From Eremomyces bilateralis CBS 781.70 (taxonomy: Eukaryota), in the NCBI GenBank assembly GCA_010015585.1, contig ML975153.1: a DNA stretch of 64,000 nt. The stretch is one strand, 5' to 3'. Numbering within the stretch: position 1 is the first letter of the stretch; every line of letters starts with the position of its first letter. Under the pieces are notes generated by a model that saw nothing but the letters and a program-made list of their open reading frames with translations, did no database searches and had not been told where the DNA came from. A program made the position numbers and the translations under genes. This document shows positions 62,445 through 64,000 of the stretch, in pieces.

Positions 62445-62692
62445 AGCAACATCGTGACCCTATGTACAAAAAAATCATCCGCAATACGTGGACAATCCAT
62501 GAGCGACACCATGCGATGCAAATGATTTGAAGGAGACCACAACTGACAAAAGCATCTGCGCTTGGCGACCGGGACGGAAGCCCTCATCGCCGTACCATCT
62601 AGGCGGCGTGGTTTCCAAATGCAGCCTCCCGTTTCCAACACATAGATATTGACCATTTTAACCCCAGAGACATGCCCGTTGATTCGAGCCTT

Positions 62693-63272
62693 TCAAACCG
62701 CAATCCACATGACGGTCAGCACGACGTCCATGCCCTTTGCCTCACCACCTTCGTATTTGGTGCTCCACATGCCATCCTTCTCGCTGTTCCAGAATGCCGC
62801 GGCGGCGCTGTGCATGCCTCGCCGGCCGGCTTTGGAGTGGGCCGCCTCCTGGTCTGGCTCCTGGGTGGTCTCGGATACGAGAGGCGCCGTATGCTGGATG
62901 ATGGTGCTGTTCACCGCAAACTTGTAGGGAGACGGGCCGTCCTTAACGGAGGTGTCGGAAACCACGGACTCGAGGATCTTATGCTGCCATGGGAAAGGGC
63001 GGTTAACTCTGCGCTGGGTTGACAAGGCTGAAAACGGGGGGTTGGCGTACAATGATCCCCTCGTTCCATTTGGCGCATGAGGTATGGTCGTAGGCGGTAG
63101 CGGAGGACAGAGCAGCATCGCACGCCTTCATAATGGTCAGTTAGTGGATTGATGAGTTCAGGAGCGACGCACTTGATCTGCGATCTCTTTCAGACGCTGT
63201 TCTGGGACGGGCTGAGCAAGTTAGTTAGGTGCAAGATGTAGGAGCGCAGTGGACGAAGCGTACTGGAGCCAT
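62693..63272 (-). CDS. Dynein light chain, Tctex-1 family (about 3 introns)
   Basis: YKFAVNSTIIQH, GRRGMHSAAAAFWNSEKDGMWS, DVVLTVMWI; ATG at 63272 followed by micro-exons. Confidence 0.88.
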
Positions 63273-63898
63273 TTTATTTTGAGATGAACGTGGACGGGTT
63301 CTAAGATATTGTATGGAGCTTTGTGTGTAATTCAATCCAAGCACAGTTTCTTTAGGAGTCTCTTACTTCACTCCAAGATGTCTTACTATCAACATTGAGT
63401 GTTGTGATGGAGAGAGCACTTTCGACATCAACAGTTCCTAACGTGCGCCGGATAAAAACACCCAATCGTGCCAATCCAATTCATGTGATCAACAACAACT
63501 CTGTATCACGTGCTTTATTGATTACATGTGCAGCTCTTCTCGTCCGCTGGATCATTCCGTCACATTGCTTCATCTTCACCTTGATTCCTCGAGTTGATAT
63601 CAAGCTATTATCATATGCCGTCCCAAATGCAGTGCCGGTAATTACGGTACCGGCATTATCATGGTTTATGCCTTTTTGGACTTGAATGTTTCTACCACTA
63701 CTTCAATTGAAAGTGCCAAACGTTAAAGTCCTCAATTGAGTCTTCGTGTCTGTGTCTATCCCCCACAGTAGCATCAGTCTTCAACCCTTCCACCGTCCAA
63801 TCTGACGGGTGGAGAGAGCAATTGGTTGCCACAACGTCAAGATCACGGGCTTTTCCCTTCCTCTAAACCCCCAAACACGCATATCCTCGACCTCCATC

Positions 63899-64000
63899 AT
63901 GTCTAGCCAGCCGCTTCTTCAGCAAGCCGCAGGTAAGCTCCCCCGCAATCACCCATACTGTTCCACCACAACCAATCCCCTCCCACCTTAACTACCGTAC
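63899..64000 (+). CDS. VTC1: First exon of probable vacuolar transporter chaperone Vtc1 (runs off the window edge)
   Basis: MSSQPLLQQAAG followed by a GTAAGC donor, resembling the MSTQPLLQTAPG start I recall for fungal Vtc1. Only about 11 codons are visible. Confidence 0.55.

Overview
Intron-containing genomic DNA from a filamentous ascomycete (Pezizomycotina, judged from gene content and splice signals). Most of the window is a compact run of housekeeping genes: TatD, a kelch membrane protein, RQC1/TCF25, an intradiol dioxygenase-like protein, an SDR, YPI1, RUD3, PNGase A, a GPI-anchored protein, SLC1, ATX1, palA/RIM20, an ACBP, PCT1, PTC2, CIA1, an acyl-CoA thioesterase, Tctex-1 and the start of VTC1. 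The key observation is a 15,884-bp insertion between PCT1 and PTC2 (39483-55372). It is bounded by an ATTACA direct repeat (TTAC-N7-A at both ends) and a perfect, asymmetrically placed 17-bp terminal inverted repeat. This is the end architecture of Starship giant transposons, but no captain recombinase is visible. Inside are a RIP-riddled PIF1/Helitron helicase relic, a degenerate BAH-like gene and an apparently intact five-gene cluster: a DUR3/UreA-like transporter, a Zn2Cys6 regulator, a flavin monooxygenase, a variant tandem rhodanese and a small SnoaL-like protein. Four of these five genes are very intron-dense. Both divergent promoters of the cluster share CGG-N4-CCGA sites. The cluster may be a mobile, possibly basidiomycete-derived module for uptake and desulfuration of thiourea-type compounds; that function is a hypothesis. 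All gene models were spliced by eye and all family calls come from motif recognition, not database searches.
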